DNA from: Eledone cirrhosa
Lineage: Eukaryota
NCBI GenBank assembly: GCA_964016885.1
Contig: OZ024748.1
Coordinates: forward strand, 33,356,001 to 33,420,000
DNA length: 64,000 nucleotides
Direction: 5' to 3'
The position numbers and the translations under genes are program-made. Below, in pieces: positions 1-11,940 of the stretch; position 1 is the stretch's first letter; every line of letters starts with the position of its first letter. The notes beneath the pieces were generated by a model. That model was not told the DNA's origin and ran no database searches. It saw only the letters and a program-made list of their open reading frames with translations.

Positions 1-265
1 TGTATGACATGAGAAGGAATTGGCACCTTCAGGAGATAACGCTGATCCCAATAATGATAGGAGCCACAGGCCTCATGAAAAACAACCTGACCAAGATCCC
101 AGGTAAACTAAAATCCTGTTAGATACAAACTGCAGCACTGAGGGGGTACAGTGCATATCTTGAAGAGGACTCTTGGGTGCTATACATAGCAACCTCTGGT
201 AAATGTCTGGCATCAGGGTTGATGCCCTATTACCAGTTAGATACCAAAAGTAAAGGACATAACCC
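1..265 (+). mobile_element. 3' end of an R4/Dong-like (REL-endonuclease) non-LTR retrotransposon relic
   Basis: Frame from nt 3 reads YDMRRNWHLQEITLIPIMIGATGLMKNNLTKIPG..*IQTAAL, then a frameshift to GTVHILKRTLG. This matches the IPxxIGAxG...IQKxALLGTxxILRxxL C-terminus of REL-type elements. A 3' stem-loop follows (ctggtaa..ggcatca/tgatgcc..ttaccag). Confidence 0.7.
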
Positions 266-385
266 CAAAAGAGGGAAACATTTTAACTATGAAGCATGAG
301 ACATCTGGTCTCTTACAAATCTAAATTTATTGTCCGCCATCATTATGAGGCAACCTTTACAAGACTCCAAAAAATGCTTGACATA
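266..385 (+). pseudogene. C-terminal tip and 3' flank of a plus-strand ZNF paralog
   Basis: aga ggg aaa cat ttt aac (RGKHFN) is the same as the end of the ZNF at 13644. The following gaagcatgagacatc...tcttacaaatctaaa matches the reverse complement of the ZNF 3' flanks near 13100-13200 and 17820-17860. Confidence 0.6.
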
Positions 386-389
386 TAAA

Positions 390-1600
390 CCAGGGTGAAG
401 AAAGCCTGGCTGTAAGTACCAGAGGACACAGAAAAGGGGATAGCTGCAGTCTGTTGGCTGAGTGACTTGGAATTGAGGGGGTTGCATGCCATGTACCACA
501 TGCGAGTAAATAGGACTCTCTTCCTAACCAGAAGAATCGACTCCGACAGAGAGTGGTCGGAGGTTGCAACAGTCTATCAACCCTGCCCCAGGTGTGCATG
601 GGACAAGCAGCATCCTGGAGCAGCACAACTAGAAGCGATTGGCGGTGGATTTGACACACTAGCGACAAGGGACGTATCTCTCAATGGTCGATTGTGGGCT
701 GGGACTGATGGTAATATGGAGGGAAATGAAGACAGGGACTGCAGAGTAAAATTGCGTGGATGCTGAGAGATATTTTTGGAGCGGGGCCCTGTAGATGAAG
801 TGCTGAAAGACAACAGCACAGTGTTTCACTCGGAGATGCTGAGGGAAATGCTTGACAAGTAGAAGGTGAACCACTTCTTCAGAGCGGCATACAGGCCAAG
901 CAGAAATGGGATTGTGGAGAGACACTATTGCACGATCAAGGCCATGGCAGAAAGAGGGCACATTTCACCAATGGAGGCAATGTTTTGGTACAACATGTCT
1001 CCTTGGGTGGGACAGGCCGAGAGTCGGTGCCACACAGGGCAATATGTAGATACAAATGGCGACACCCGTAGACAGTACCACAGCAGCCAGTGGAGAGAGA
1101 GAACGCTTTCGTATGAGTGAGCGAAGAGGTATGGGGTCAAGCCCCCAAACATTTGCTGCACATCTCAATGAGGAAAGGGAATGGTAACAGCTGTAAATTC
1201 CCAAAACAACGTGTCTGTGGACGGAATGCCACGGCAAGTCTTGGACGTCCGTAAAGTTATTGTTGTGATGGACTTTGAGGAAGAGGAAAACGAAAGTGTT
1301 GACCCAACAGTGCAGATATCGCAATGGGACCGCTGACCACCCAGGTGGATGGCGGATTTTGACATGGAGCAATATGATGGGGGGTGATTGAACCATGAGA
1401 TCAGGGGAGGGGGAGGTTGCCAAAAGTTGGGGGACGCCTGACCAGAAGGACGGACGAGTGACGTCACATGAAGGTTCAGGTGCTCCTGACCGGACCCTTT
1501 CCCTAGCAGTCCGTGTCAAGTGAAGACGTGTGGTGTGAAGTGAGACTGAGAGAGGCTCTGATACCCTCGAGTTGGATGTATGACACGTGGTAAGTCCAAA
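390..1600 (+). mobile_element. Degenerate Ty3/Gypsy LTR retrotransposon: integrase, polypurine tract and partial 3' LTR
   Basis: HHCC-like LHAMYHMRVNRTLFL..CPRC; core IFLERGPVDEVLKDNSTVF..FRAAYRPSRNGIVERHYCTIKAM; VWVKPP; polypurine tract aggggagggggagg at about 1403-1415. Contains stops and frameshifts. Confidence 0.8.
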
Positions 1601-1755
1601 TGCATCCGGTTATAATTACAATTATTAATTCTTTCATTACTGAAATATCATTGGAAGGATTTACTCAAGATTTTAATTATTAATAATTTTATTAGTAACT
1701 TAATATGTTGTTCTTGTATAGAATTATGTTGGAAGAGACACACAAAATATATATA

Positions 1756-1862
1756 TAAACGGAAAAAATGAAACGAAATTTCATTTCTCACTCTTAGTAC
1801 GGCTGTTACTTAAATATAAGTATGTATACGTACATACATATATGTATACAGACGTACAGTAG

Positions 1863-1893
<31 letters not shown>

Positions 1894-2352
1894 GCACACA
1901 TATATATATGTACGTATGGATTCACCGAACAATTATTATAATGCTCGGTGTGTTTGTAAACAAACATACCGTATTAAGCAGTAGTGTTTAGCAACCATCG
2001 TTGCTCGTTTGTTCAACACTGACAAAGGAACGCTGTACTAGTTTCAAGCTTATTAGCTATCGTCAGCAACATATACCTTCCTGCCAGATGGTTGAACGTC
2101 TGAAAGTATATACTTTCCTTATGCATATTAACGGCTGAGCAGCCTAATTTGCATATCGAGTGAGTTAATCGGCCGGGCTACCGAAAACGATAAACGGAAA
2201 AAATGAAACGAAATTTCATGTCAGTGTTGAACAAATGAGCAACGATGGTTGCTAGACACTGTACGGCTTAATTCGGGATGTTTGTTTACAAACACACCGA
2301 GCATTATAATAAATGTTCGGTGAATCCATACGCACATATATATGTGTGCATG
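1756..2352. mobile_element. Foldback element in (TA)n, Penelope pLTR-like
   Basis: Inverted arms at 1891-2024 and 2219-2352; direct repeat taaacggaaaaaatgaaacgaaatttcat at about 1756 and 2191; hammerhead motif in the spacer. Confidence 0.65.
2031..2071 (-). ncRNA. Minimal type-I hammerhead ribozyme
   Basis: Minus strand reads tgttg CTGACGA t-agct-aata-agct-t GAAA ctag TA cagcg: stem I tgttg/cagcg, stem II agct/agct, palindromic stem III ACTAGT, GUA cleavage triplet. Confidence 0.8.
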
Positions 2353-2379
2353 TATATATATATATATATATATAATATA

Positions 2380-2765
2380 ACTTAGAGTTTACACTCAATG
2401 GGGTCATTTATAATTATTTCAGCTCTAAGAATCGCTTCTGAGCAGTATAAATTAATATATGATAAACATTTACATGTTTTAGTTGCAATTGACTAATAAA
2501 ATAGTTAGAATGAAATATCTTAATTCAAATACATATAGTTTGCCTGTACGATCTAAAAAATAATAAATCAATACTCACAAACCCATATGGGCAAAAGGCC
2601 TTGGTACCTAGACACGTTTAAATTTCAAAATACAAACTTTTTCCGCAGATCGGTCAGAACTTCAAACTTTAAACATGTTTCACAAAGGATGGTATAATAG
2701 TGAAATAATTAATTAATTAGTAGTGTAAATGTTTATCATATATTAATTTATACTGCTAAGTTATA
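2380..2765. repeat. Second foldback element with 34-bp inverted arms
   Basis: agcagtataaattaatatatgataaacatttaca (2441-2474) is inverted at 2724-2757. The element is flanked by TA-rich tracts. Confidence 0.6.
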
Positions 2766-2779
2766 TTATATTACTGCTC

Positions 2780-2976
2780 CCTCAGTCGAGGCAACACAGT
2801 AAAAACCTCCCAGCCCCACACTGTAAATGTGGTTGGTGTTAGGAAGGGCATCCAGCTGTAGAAAACCCGCCAGACAGTCCTATGCAAGCAAGACAACCAC
2901 TCTTGCCTCAAGTGGGAAAACTCCCATCCAAACCCATGCAAGCGTGGAACATGGACGTTAAACGATGATGATGATG

Positions 2977-2980
<4 letters not shown>
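2780..2980 (+). mobile_element. 3' tail of an RTE LINE or RTE-tailed SINE ending in (GAT)n
   Basis: ggttggtgttaggaagggcatccagctgtagaaaa...ggacgttaaacgatgatgat; nearly identical to the reverse complement of 54428-54605 and 56120-56290. Confidence 0.8.
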
Positions 2981-3019
<39 letters not shown>

Positions 3020-3115
3020 AAGAGAGTTGCGACCGATAGACAGTATTAGCAATTGGAAAGACCAATGGAAACAGTGTTTCCTTGGTCCGATTTGACGAAA
3101 CTCAATCGACTGTTG

Positions 3116-3149
<34 letters not shown>

Positions 3150-3153
<4 letters not shown>

Positions 3154-3260
3154 TCCCATATTATAAACTCTAGCCTGAAAATAAGCACTGGTGCCCCTTT
3201 TCTTGGTAGTGGTGGAGGTGAGGTGAATAAGATCTGTCTTGTAATAGCGGAAACACGGTA
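3150..3260. mobile_element. Tc2/pogo-type MITE relic
   Basis: Termini gtttcccatattataa ... taatagcggaaacacggta resemble (TA)CCGTGTTTCC TIRs. Confidence 0.45.
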
Positions 3261-3344
3261 TACATGGTACGGAATGTGTTGTACAATAACAAACGAAATC
3301 TATGAGAATATATATATAGATATATATCAGTCTATCCAGCCATT

Positions 3345-3706
3345 GGCGATATCCAATTTTACCACCCGATTTGCTGCTGATGCTGCTTACGTGCTGTAGT
3401 TGCTGCTTACTTGGTGGCTTACTGCTTGTTGCTGCTACTGCTGACTTGCTGCTATTGTTGCTTAACTTGTGCTACTTACCTGCTTCACTGTATGAGGCTA
3501 TTCCAACAAATTTACATTCCCTTTTTTTTAGCCGTTAAAAGAAATATAGATTTATTTATTTGCAACATTTTGTTAGTTTCTTGGTTTTGTTTTTTTTTGC
3601 GATTTATTTGCCACTGGCAACTACAGCAGCAAGTCACCAAGTAAGCAGCAACTACAGCACGTAAGCAGCATCAGCAGCAATTCGGGCGGTAAAATTGGAT
3701 ATCGCC
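3345..3706. mobile_element. Merlin-type MITE
   Basis: About 75-bp TIRs starting GGCGATATCCAATTT; 8-bp TSD cagccatt/tagccatt. The same TIR ends the Merlin transposase relic at 37154. Confidence 0.8.
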
Positions 3707-4264
3707 TAGCCATTTAAAAAGGTTCCTATTTCAGTTAAAATCTTCTGAACATAATTTTATACAAGAACCATACGTTTACTATCTTAGTAATGAAATAATT
3801 AATAATTTTAGTAAATTGTTCATAATTCTTCATTAACCCTTTTGGTAGAAACCCAGCCAAAATTATTTCTCGTTCTGTGGAAATTGTTCCTATTTAAATT
3901 AAAGTATTCCAATGAAATTCTATATAACAACCATATGTTAAGGTACTATGTTAGTAATTAACTAACAATTATGATAAATCGCTCAAAATTCTCCGTAATT
4001 AATTGAAATACAGAGTTCATATTTATATTAAAATCTTCCAACATAATTTTATACAAGAACCACATGTTAAGTTACTAATAAAATAATTAATAATCAAAAA
4101 CTTTAGTAAATCCTTCAAATGATATCTCATGAAATAATTAATAATTGTTATAAATACCTCAAAATTCCTCATTAATTAAACCCCAGAGCTGTAAAAACTC
4201 CAGTCTTTCAGTCGGACATGAAAAAAAAAATTTCTAATGGAAGAAAAGATTTTAAAGTCAGTGA

Positions 4265-4510
4265 AGGGAGATCACTCTCAGTGTGCAGTACATGAACGTA
4301 TGGTTAGTGAGTTCGAATCCCAGACCGGGTGGCCTGTACGCTGGGGCCTTGAACAAACACTTTATTTTTCATTGTTTCATTTCACCCAGCTGGCAAAAAT
4401 AATAAGTTGTACCAGTAATTATAGTGGAAACGTTGTTACCTAGAATTGCCACACTGAATCTCCCTGAGAACAATGTCAACGGTATAAGTGTCAATGAAAT
4501 ACTAAGACAT
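4265..4510 (+). mobile_element. tRNA-derived SINE with CORE-like body
   Basis: B-box gagttcgaatcc followed by ccttgaacaaacactttattt...cacccagctg. Related copies at 19391-19720 (-), 30696-30830 (+) and near 28830 and 39020 (-). Confidence 0.6.
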
Positions 4511-4551
4511 ATTATAATATAAGATGGGTTCTACATGTCTCACTGAAAACT

Positions 4552-4800
4552 AGGTATATACATAGTGTATCTAGGACGACATTATCTCATGTACAGTGTA
4601 GAAGTTAGTATTAGTGGCTGTCAGACATAGTGTACCTAGGACTACATTATCTAATGTACAGTATAGTAGTTAGTATTTGTGGCATACAGACATAGTGTAT
4701 CTAGGACTACATTATATAATGTACAGTACAGTAGCTATCAGACATAGTGTATCTAGGACTACATTATCTAATGTATAGTAGTTAGTATTTGTGGCTATCA
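4552..4800. repeat. Minisatellite, about 60-bp unit
   Basis: About 4 copies of cagacatagtgtatctaggactacattatctaatgtacag...tagttagtatttgtggc. Confidence 0.8.
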
Positions 4801-5149
4801 CTATTATAGACTCAAAGTAAATCTTTGTCAACTTACCTCCTTCAGATATAATCAATGTGTTGCGTTGTTAGGTTTTACTAAACAACCAAAGAAATAATCT
4901 CTTTGTTGTCAAATTAGAAGTTACAAAGATGTTATCAGTTTTATTTCACGACATTAACGTTGGTATATCTTCTTCATCTTTAGTCATAAATTGGTATCTT
5001 GTTAGAATGAAGTAGTGAGGCTGACTTTATGGCTTTAGCCACAGATTTGATAGGAAATATATATATATTAGGTTGATATGTGGTCTAAAATATATATATT
5101 GTCTATAAATGACTGATAGCATATGTTCTGGTGAAATAGTAGTTTTACT

Positions 5150-5510
5150 ACTACAGATTGTAATGGAACTCTTAGTAGACACAATTGTAAAGTAAGAATA
5201 GATATGACAGTGTAAGACTGATGTCGGGGAAAGAAAAGTGTGTGTATGTATATATATAATTATTACACAAGATATAATTAGATTAATTAAAGTTATAATG
5301 AGACAGCATGTACCCGGTGTCGTTGGCAATGTTTCACCTCTCTTACCGGTGTCATATGTTAAAAGTCCCTGATATAATTTAACACATTCAGACACAGTCG
5401 CAATCGTATCTAATCAATGGTAAATCAAAGTATCACTCAGTAAAATATTAATTATATATCTATAAGAAAACTTCTACATGGTCACTCACCCTGCTAGAAA
5501 TAGCAGTGGA
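5150..5510 (-). pseudogene. Orphan 5' region of a ZNF duplication unit, coding part missing
   Basis: gtgtaagactgatgtcgg and gattaattaaagttataat...aaaagtccctga blocks match 14580-15160 and 19820-20480. Confidence 0.55.
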
Positions 5511-5529
5511 ATTATCATCTATTTGCCAG

Positions 5530-5830
5530 GCACATAGCATAAAATTTACTGGGGAGGCTTAACATCTAGCCTCCTCCACTAGTTCCTGCTCCTTACTGTA
5601 AGCGTTGTGATGTTCCAGGTTCCAACCAACTGTTAAGGTTTGCTCCCTTCCAGACCCTCTTTGGGGTCTCAAGATAGGCGACCTTTGTGCATCCATCCCA
5701 TGCCTCCCAGCACAGGATGCAGGCCCATCACAAGTTTTTGCAGCATGAAATGGAGACTGCAACATATTTTTCGAACAGGCCCCTCTACTTAAGGCCTGGA
5801 CGCGATCCTTATTAACCCACGCAAAGAGCA
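5530..5830 (-). mobile_element. 5' fragment of a Rex3/Expander-like RTE (start of APE domain)
   Basis: Frameshifted reading GTWNITTL..KEQELVEEARC, resembling the GTWNVxSL..KEPELVxE motif. Confidence 0.55.
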
Positions 5831-5981
5831 GTGTGGTATGGTTTTCTACAGAAACAGAAGTTGGAATGAAAAGGTTTGAGAGAAAACTTAGCCAAATCTA
5901 ATATATTAGAAAGTAGGAAAGAAGATAGGACCTTGATTCCCACGGGGAAGTGGCCCTGTTCAATATTTAGAAAAGAAGTAG

Positions 5982-6386
5982 GCATAAACTCTATAGAATG
6001 TACACAATGTAGACATAAACTCTATACAATGTACACAATGTAGACATAAACTCTATACAATATAGGTATAAACTCTATACAATGTACACAATGTAGGTAT
6101 AAACTCTATACAATGTAGGAATAAACTCTATACAATGTACACAATGTAGGAATAAACTCTATACAATGTACACAATGTAGGTATAAACTCTATACAATGT
6201 ACACAATGTAGGAATAAGCTCTATACAATGTACACAATGTAGACATAAACTCTATACAATGTACACAATGTAGACATAAACTCTATACAATGTACACAAT
6301 GTAGACATAAACTCTATACAATGTAGGAATAAACTCTATACAATGTACACAATGTAGGTATAAACTCTATACAATGTACACAATGT
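5982..6386. repeat. 31/22-bp minisatellite derived from the RTE PHD-coding segment
   Basis: Unit ataaactctatacaatgtacacaatgtagg encodes INSIQCTQC of the LINE. Confidence 0.9.
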
Positions 6387-6696
6387 AAATCTTGGATACA
6401 CAAGTGATGTAGTGGGATATCGGGTAGGCTAACAGGAATAAAAGATACATAGGAGTAATTGAGGAGAAGAGCGTCAATGATATAAGCCTTTTCCAATCAC
6501 TGAAAGGATCCATAGAAGTGGTTGATAGCTTCTGTTATCTAGGTGACTTAATTAGCAGCAGAGGAGGGTACCCTGAGAACATAATAGCTAGAATAAGGAG
6601 AGGATGGGGGAAGTTTAGAAAGAGCTACTCCCACTGTTGATAAAAGTTTTCTCCCTATGTACAAAAGGATGACTGTATGATGTCTGTGTGAGAATT

Positions 6697-7763
6697 GTGG
6701 TGCTGCATGGTAGTGAATCATGGGCTGTGACTGCAGAGAATATGTGGTGCTACATGGTAGTGAAACATGGGCAGTGACTGCAGAGGATATGTGGTGCTAC
6801 ATGGTAGTGAAACATGGGCAGTGACTGCAGAGGATATGTGGTACTACATGGTAGTGAATCATGAGATGTGACTGCAGAGGATATGTGGTGCTACATGGTA
6901 GTGAAACATGGGCAGTGACTGCAGAAGATATGTGGTGCTACATGGTAGTGAAACATGGGCTGTGACTGCAGAGGATATGTGGTGCTACATGGTAGTGAAT
7001 CATGGGATGTGACTGCAGAGGATATGTGGTGCTACATGGTAGTGAAACATGGGCTGTGACTGCAGAGGATATGTGGTGCTACATGGTAGTGAAACATGGG
7101 CAGTGACTGCAGAGGATATGTGGTACTACATGGTAGTGAATCATGGGATGTGACTGCAGAGGATATGTGGTGCTACATGGTAGTGAAATATGGGCTGCGA
7201 CTGCAGAGGATATGTGGTGCTACATGGTAGTGAAACATGGGATGTGACTGCAGAGGATATGTGGTGCTTCATGGTAGTGAAACATGGGCAGTGACTGCAG
7301 AAGATATGTGGTGTTACATGGTAGTGAAACATGGGCTGTGACTGCAGAGGATATGTGGTGCTACATGGTAGTGAAACATGGCTGTGACTGCAGAGGATAT
7401 GTGGTGCTACATGGTAGTGAAACATGGGCAGTGACTGCAGAGGATATGTGGTGCTACATGGGATGTGACTGCAGAGGATATGTGGTGCTACATGGTAGTG
7501 AAATATGGGCTGCAACTGCAGAAGATATGTGGTGCTACATGGTAGTGAAACATGGGCAGTGACTGCAGAGGATATGTGGTACTACATGGTAGTGAATCAT
7601 GGGATGTGACTGCAGAGGATATGTGGTGCTACATGGTAGTGTAACATGGGTTGTGATTGCAGAGGATATCTGATGCTTCATGGTGGTAAAACATGGGCAG
7701 TGACTGCAGAGGATATGTGGTGCTACATGGTAGTGTAACATGGGTTGTGACTGCAGAGGATAT
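6697..7763. repeat. 47-bp minisatellite (about 23 copies) derived from RTE coding sequence
   Basis: Unit gtggtgctacatggtagtgaaacatgggcagtgactgcagaggatat encodes VVLHGSETWAVTAED. Confidence 0.95.
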
Positions 7764-9349
7764 GCATTGGCTTGAAAGAAATGAAGCAACCATGCTTCAT
7801 TGGAAGTGCAAGAAAGACAGAGCTTGGATGAACTGAGGGAGAAACTCGGTTTAAGAGGAATCCGAAGTGGTGTGCAAGAGAGAAGACTGTGTTGGTACGG
7901 AGATTTGATGTGCATAGATGATGATCATTGGGTGAAGAAGTGCCAGGGAATCCCAGTGGAACAAAGCTACAGTAGAGGTAGACCAAGAAAGACCTCGACA
8001 GAGTTGATGAAAGCTGATCTCAAATTACTGAGATTCACAGAGGAGATGACAAAGGAATGGGGAAAGTGGAGAGATGTTGTGCTGAAATGGAACCATCCAA
8101 CCCATGCAAGCATTGGAAAATGGTTGTAAAAAGGATAATGATGGTGGTGATATATATGATGCAGTTTGCAGGAGAGGAGATTACATTGATACGGACATGT
8201 GATGTATATAAAGGATGATGGCAGTATACAAAGGTGCAGGTTACTCAAAGTTGATGGAAGCTATGGAGTAGACTTGGGATGAGGTGATAAAAGCTGACTT
8301 TGCACAATTACACATCTCAAAGATGATAACACAGGATTGACATATCTGGCGTTATGTAGTTATACTGAGGACTTGCCCTCCAATGTGCATGGTTAAAGCA
8401 TACATCTAGTATGCACATCCTACCATGCCCTCCCTCTTTCATCCAATTCCCACGCCCTAACACACCTCCACCTATGTCCTAACACTCCACATACACCCCA
8501 AAAAAAACCCACCCTTCACAAGATAAGTGCCCCACATTTGATCAATCTCCCCACTCCAGCCCATAGTCGACACTGTAATATGATCATCTTGGTGCCACAA
8601 CAAAATGTATCCAGTCCACACTGTAAAGTAGTCATTTTGGTGCCATGATAGTGCCCAGTCCACTCTGTGGTCATTTTGATGATACTACAGAAAGCACCCA
8701 GTTCACACTGCAAATGAAGTTGGCATCATGAAGGGGATCCAGTCATGGAAAGCAAGATACAGTCATCTCATCTGAATTGGGGTTGATTTAATCAACTTTG
8801 CTCTTCTCCTAAATCTGCTGCTCTTGAGCCTAATTTACAAATCAATAGAGATTTAACTAGTTTTATTTCTTGAAACATTTCTTATAATGGACTGTGACTA
8901 ACAACAATCAGTAAACTATACCATCACTACCCCCAATGATACAAACCTGGACAGTGTGGGAGAATTCTTTCTTGCATGGAGAACACTAGGCACCAGCTAC
9001 CTTGAGGACAGAATGGTGATAGGGGGACAGCAAGTGAGATGTGTTGAAATAGCTTTTAAAATTTGTGGGGCTCTCTCCTGTGTGTAGCCGACTCCACCCT
9101 GATAACAGTTAGTAGGGAGGTGATAAAGGGACCAAGAATACCAGAAATCTCCATTACTACAAGATCAACAACAAACAACTAATACTTCACAACACTTTGT
9201 GATCTTTTGTGATTATGTTTTAATTTTTCTTGTTACTTTAGGGAAACAATGATACCACCAAAATTATGGCCTATTGTCAAATTTCTAAATTTCAGTTGTA
9301 AAATATACGAAGAGTGATAGAATTTTAATCATTTAAAAAAATATTGAAC

Positions 9350-9570
9350 TGTTTGTGTTAGATGTATTAAAACAAACAAGGTGATATCATTACATATGGT
9401 CTTAATAACAGAGATTTAGATAGGTGTTAGATGTATTAAAACTACTTACAAGATGATATCATTACATATAGTGTTAATAACAGAGATTTAGATGGGTGTT
9501 AGATGTATTAAAACTACTTACAAGATGATATCGTTACATATGGTGTTAATAACAGAGATTTAGATGGGAA
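9350..9570. repeat. About 72-bp tandem repeat shared by ZNF duplication units
   Basis: ttagatgtattaaaactacttacaagatgatatcattacatatggtgttaataacagagatttagatggg x3; also at 16940-17140, with a single copy near 52345. Confidence 0.8.
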
Positions 9571-9639
9571 AATAATGAAAGGTTGAAGTCACAGACTTGA
9601 CAAATTCCTCAAATGTAACTATTTTCAATTCTGATAAAA

Positions 9640-11240
9640 ATATTTCTCCTTCGTCCACTTATTCCAAGGATGGTCATGGTGACAGAGTCCTCAAGCATGC
9701 CTTCCTGCAGGTACTGTCAGAATCAACTGTCTTCATCTGATCTGGCTGGATCCCGAAGCAAAACAAATCATGCTCATGAATATTATCCATCCATCTTGCT
9801 CGGGGTCTACCCCTGGGGCTCCTGCCAGTTGGTTTTGCCTGTAAAATCTGCCCAGTGATTATTTCCTGAGACATTCTGAACACATCACCATAGTATCAGA
9901 GTTGTGATCTCTCATTTCAGAGTATTAGCACCTCTCCTTGGAATGAGTCTCTCATCTCCAAGCTATCAATTATATCAAGTAATGTTACCCCAAACATTTC
10001 TAAGTCGAAAACTTTCAATGAGGGTGTCAGACTCTGCCAAGGATGTATGCTGTCACCACCCCTGTTCATAATCTTAATGGACAGGATTGACATGAGCAAC
10101 TGGGCTGGAATTGGTATCAAGACTGGTGGATGTAGGATCAGTTGTTTAGAATTTCTGGATGTCATTTTAGTAGCTATCTAGTGAGAAGGTAATCTCCAAC
10201 ATGCACTTGATAGGTTTGCTGCCAACTACTGCATGGAAGAAATGAAAATCAGTCAATTGATGACTGAAATACTTTACCTCTCTACGTGTGAGTGGAGATC
10301 TACTGAAGCAGGCAGAGAAGTTCAAGAGTCTTGAGGCTGTATTCACAAGTTGATGAAGGGAGGTGGCTGAATTAAGTGTAAGAATTGCAGGGGCTGGTAC
10401 AGTAATGCACTAGATTCAGCATTTGTTAATCAAAATAAATTTGTTAATCAAAATAAAAGAAGTAGGTGTCAATCTCATTATCTTATAAAGAGTTCAAATA
10501 GTTCACAGGATGTGGCACAATGACAGCAGGAAAGAAGCAGGAAAAAGTGTGCCCAGAGAATGTATGCAGGTGTTTCTTTTTTGTGGTTGAACGTGAAATT
10601 CCCAACTTCCGAAGGCTGGTGGGAAATTTCTCACAAGAAGATAGTTGCGAGAAGAAATAATTCTCTCTTGGTTGTTCTGCTGATTTGATGTTGTTGATAA
10701 AGCAAAGATGAAGCTGTTGTTGTTGCTGTTGATGCTGATGTCTCGCAGAGAGCCTTTTGAAATTGTTTCAATGGAAATAATTTGTTCACAGTAAGCAGGT
10801 TCAAGAAAAATTATGCGCAGGTTAACAGAAATAGCAGCCAATAAACGGTTGAGCGCTGGTGAATGAGCGAGTTCAGAGAGCCGTGACCATAGAAACAAGC
10901 ATTCTGAATAAATGCACAGTAATTAACGGCAAATTTACAAAATGCTTGTTTCTATGGCTGTTTAGCGTAGCACAAAATTATGCGTGTCGTCCCTTCGCAA
11001 GTCGCCACCAGAGAGAGAATGATTTGGTGACGTTGGTTTGTGACGTCAGAGCTATGTGCAGGTAACTCTGCATAGCTGTCCCCAAGCACAAGACTTTGTT
11101 GCTTTGCTACAATCTTAAATTTGGTATTCTGCCAACCCTGAACTATGGACATGAATTTTGTGTAATGACCAAAAGAATAGAAGTAGAAATAGGGTTTCTC
11201 TGAAGGAATTTTAGGGTATCATCACTGATAGAAATACAAT
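9640..11240. mobile_element. Rex3/Expander-like RTE with an internal inversion, interrupted by an LTR-element internal fragment
   Basis: 9640-10000 minus: GVTLLD..ERSQL..RSPRGRPRARWMD. 10000-10420 plus: GVRLCQGCMLSPPLFIILMDRI..LQHALDRF. 11080-11240 plus: LPTLNYGHEFCVMTKRI. Confidence 0.7.
10450..11075 (-). mobile_element. Internal fragment of the same non-autonomous LTR family as 24439-26416
   Basis: Reverse complement gaaacacctgcatacattctctgggcacac..ttcctgctgtcat..tgtgaactat and gcatttattcagaatgctt align to 25470-25870. Confidence 0.7.
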
Positions 11241-11940
11241 CATAATACAATAAAGGGAGGAGTGCGGGACTGTGTACTGAATATATTTTTTTATCCCATA
11301 AGTAAAATAAGTTGGATTACTTTGAATAAAAATGATTATTACATAATTTATGTAATAAATTTTGTAGCTGTTGATTAAACAAATATTCTTATATATAATT
11401 ATTGCTTATTTTAAGATTCAGTTCTTTTAAAATTGTCAAATGTCAATACTTCCAGTTATGATATAACAGACGAAATATCACATCACTTATATAAACATTC
11501 ATATATTTGCATCGTTATATAACGTTTATATTGCGTATAATATCAATATGCACACTACATATACTAGCAGAAAGCCATCCAAGGGTGGTTTTCTGCTAGT
11601 TTACATAATGAATAATGAAAAACTAATAAAGAATTTACAAAAAACAAACAAATCAATAAAAAGACAGTTTCCCAGTGAAGTTTCTGAGATAAGAGAGGAC
11701 ATGGTATTACCTGAGGTGAGAGACAGGCCCTCAATTACACACCACATCAGGGACTGTTGATGTTACCCCTTAATTTCTCAGACAAGAGGACACAAGACAT
11801 TACCTCAAATGAGAGGTACCTCAATTACATGCTACAGCTGTTAATGTTGGTGCTGCCCCCTAAAATTTCTGAGAGAAGAGAAGATACAACATTACCTCGT
11901 GTTATAGAAGGTCCCTAATAACATACTACATCAGGGAATT

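Larger units (their letters stand above)
5870..8760 (+). mobile_element. Degenerate RTE LINE 3' fragments with internal minisatellite expansions
   Basis: GKWPCS, EVVDSFCYLGDL, RIRRGWGKF, VLHGSETW, RRLCWYG..RGRPRKT motifs, then tail aacccatgcaagcattggaaaatgg. A second 3' fragment lies at 8160-8760. Confidence 0.85.

Noticed and set aside
6697-7763. CRISPR-like array
   Set aside because: The units are head-to-tail with no unique spacers and derive from RTE coding sequence. The same lack of spacers applies to the 46-, 78- and 90-bp arrays.
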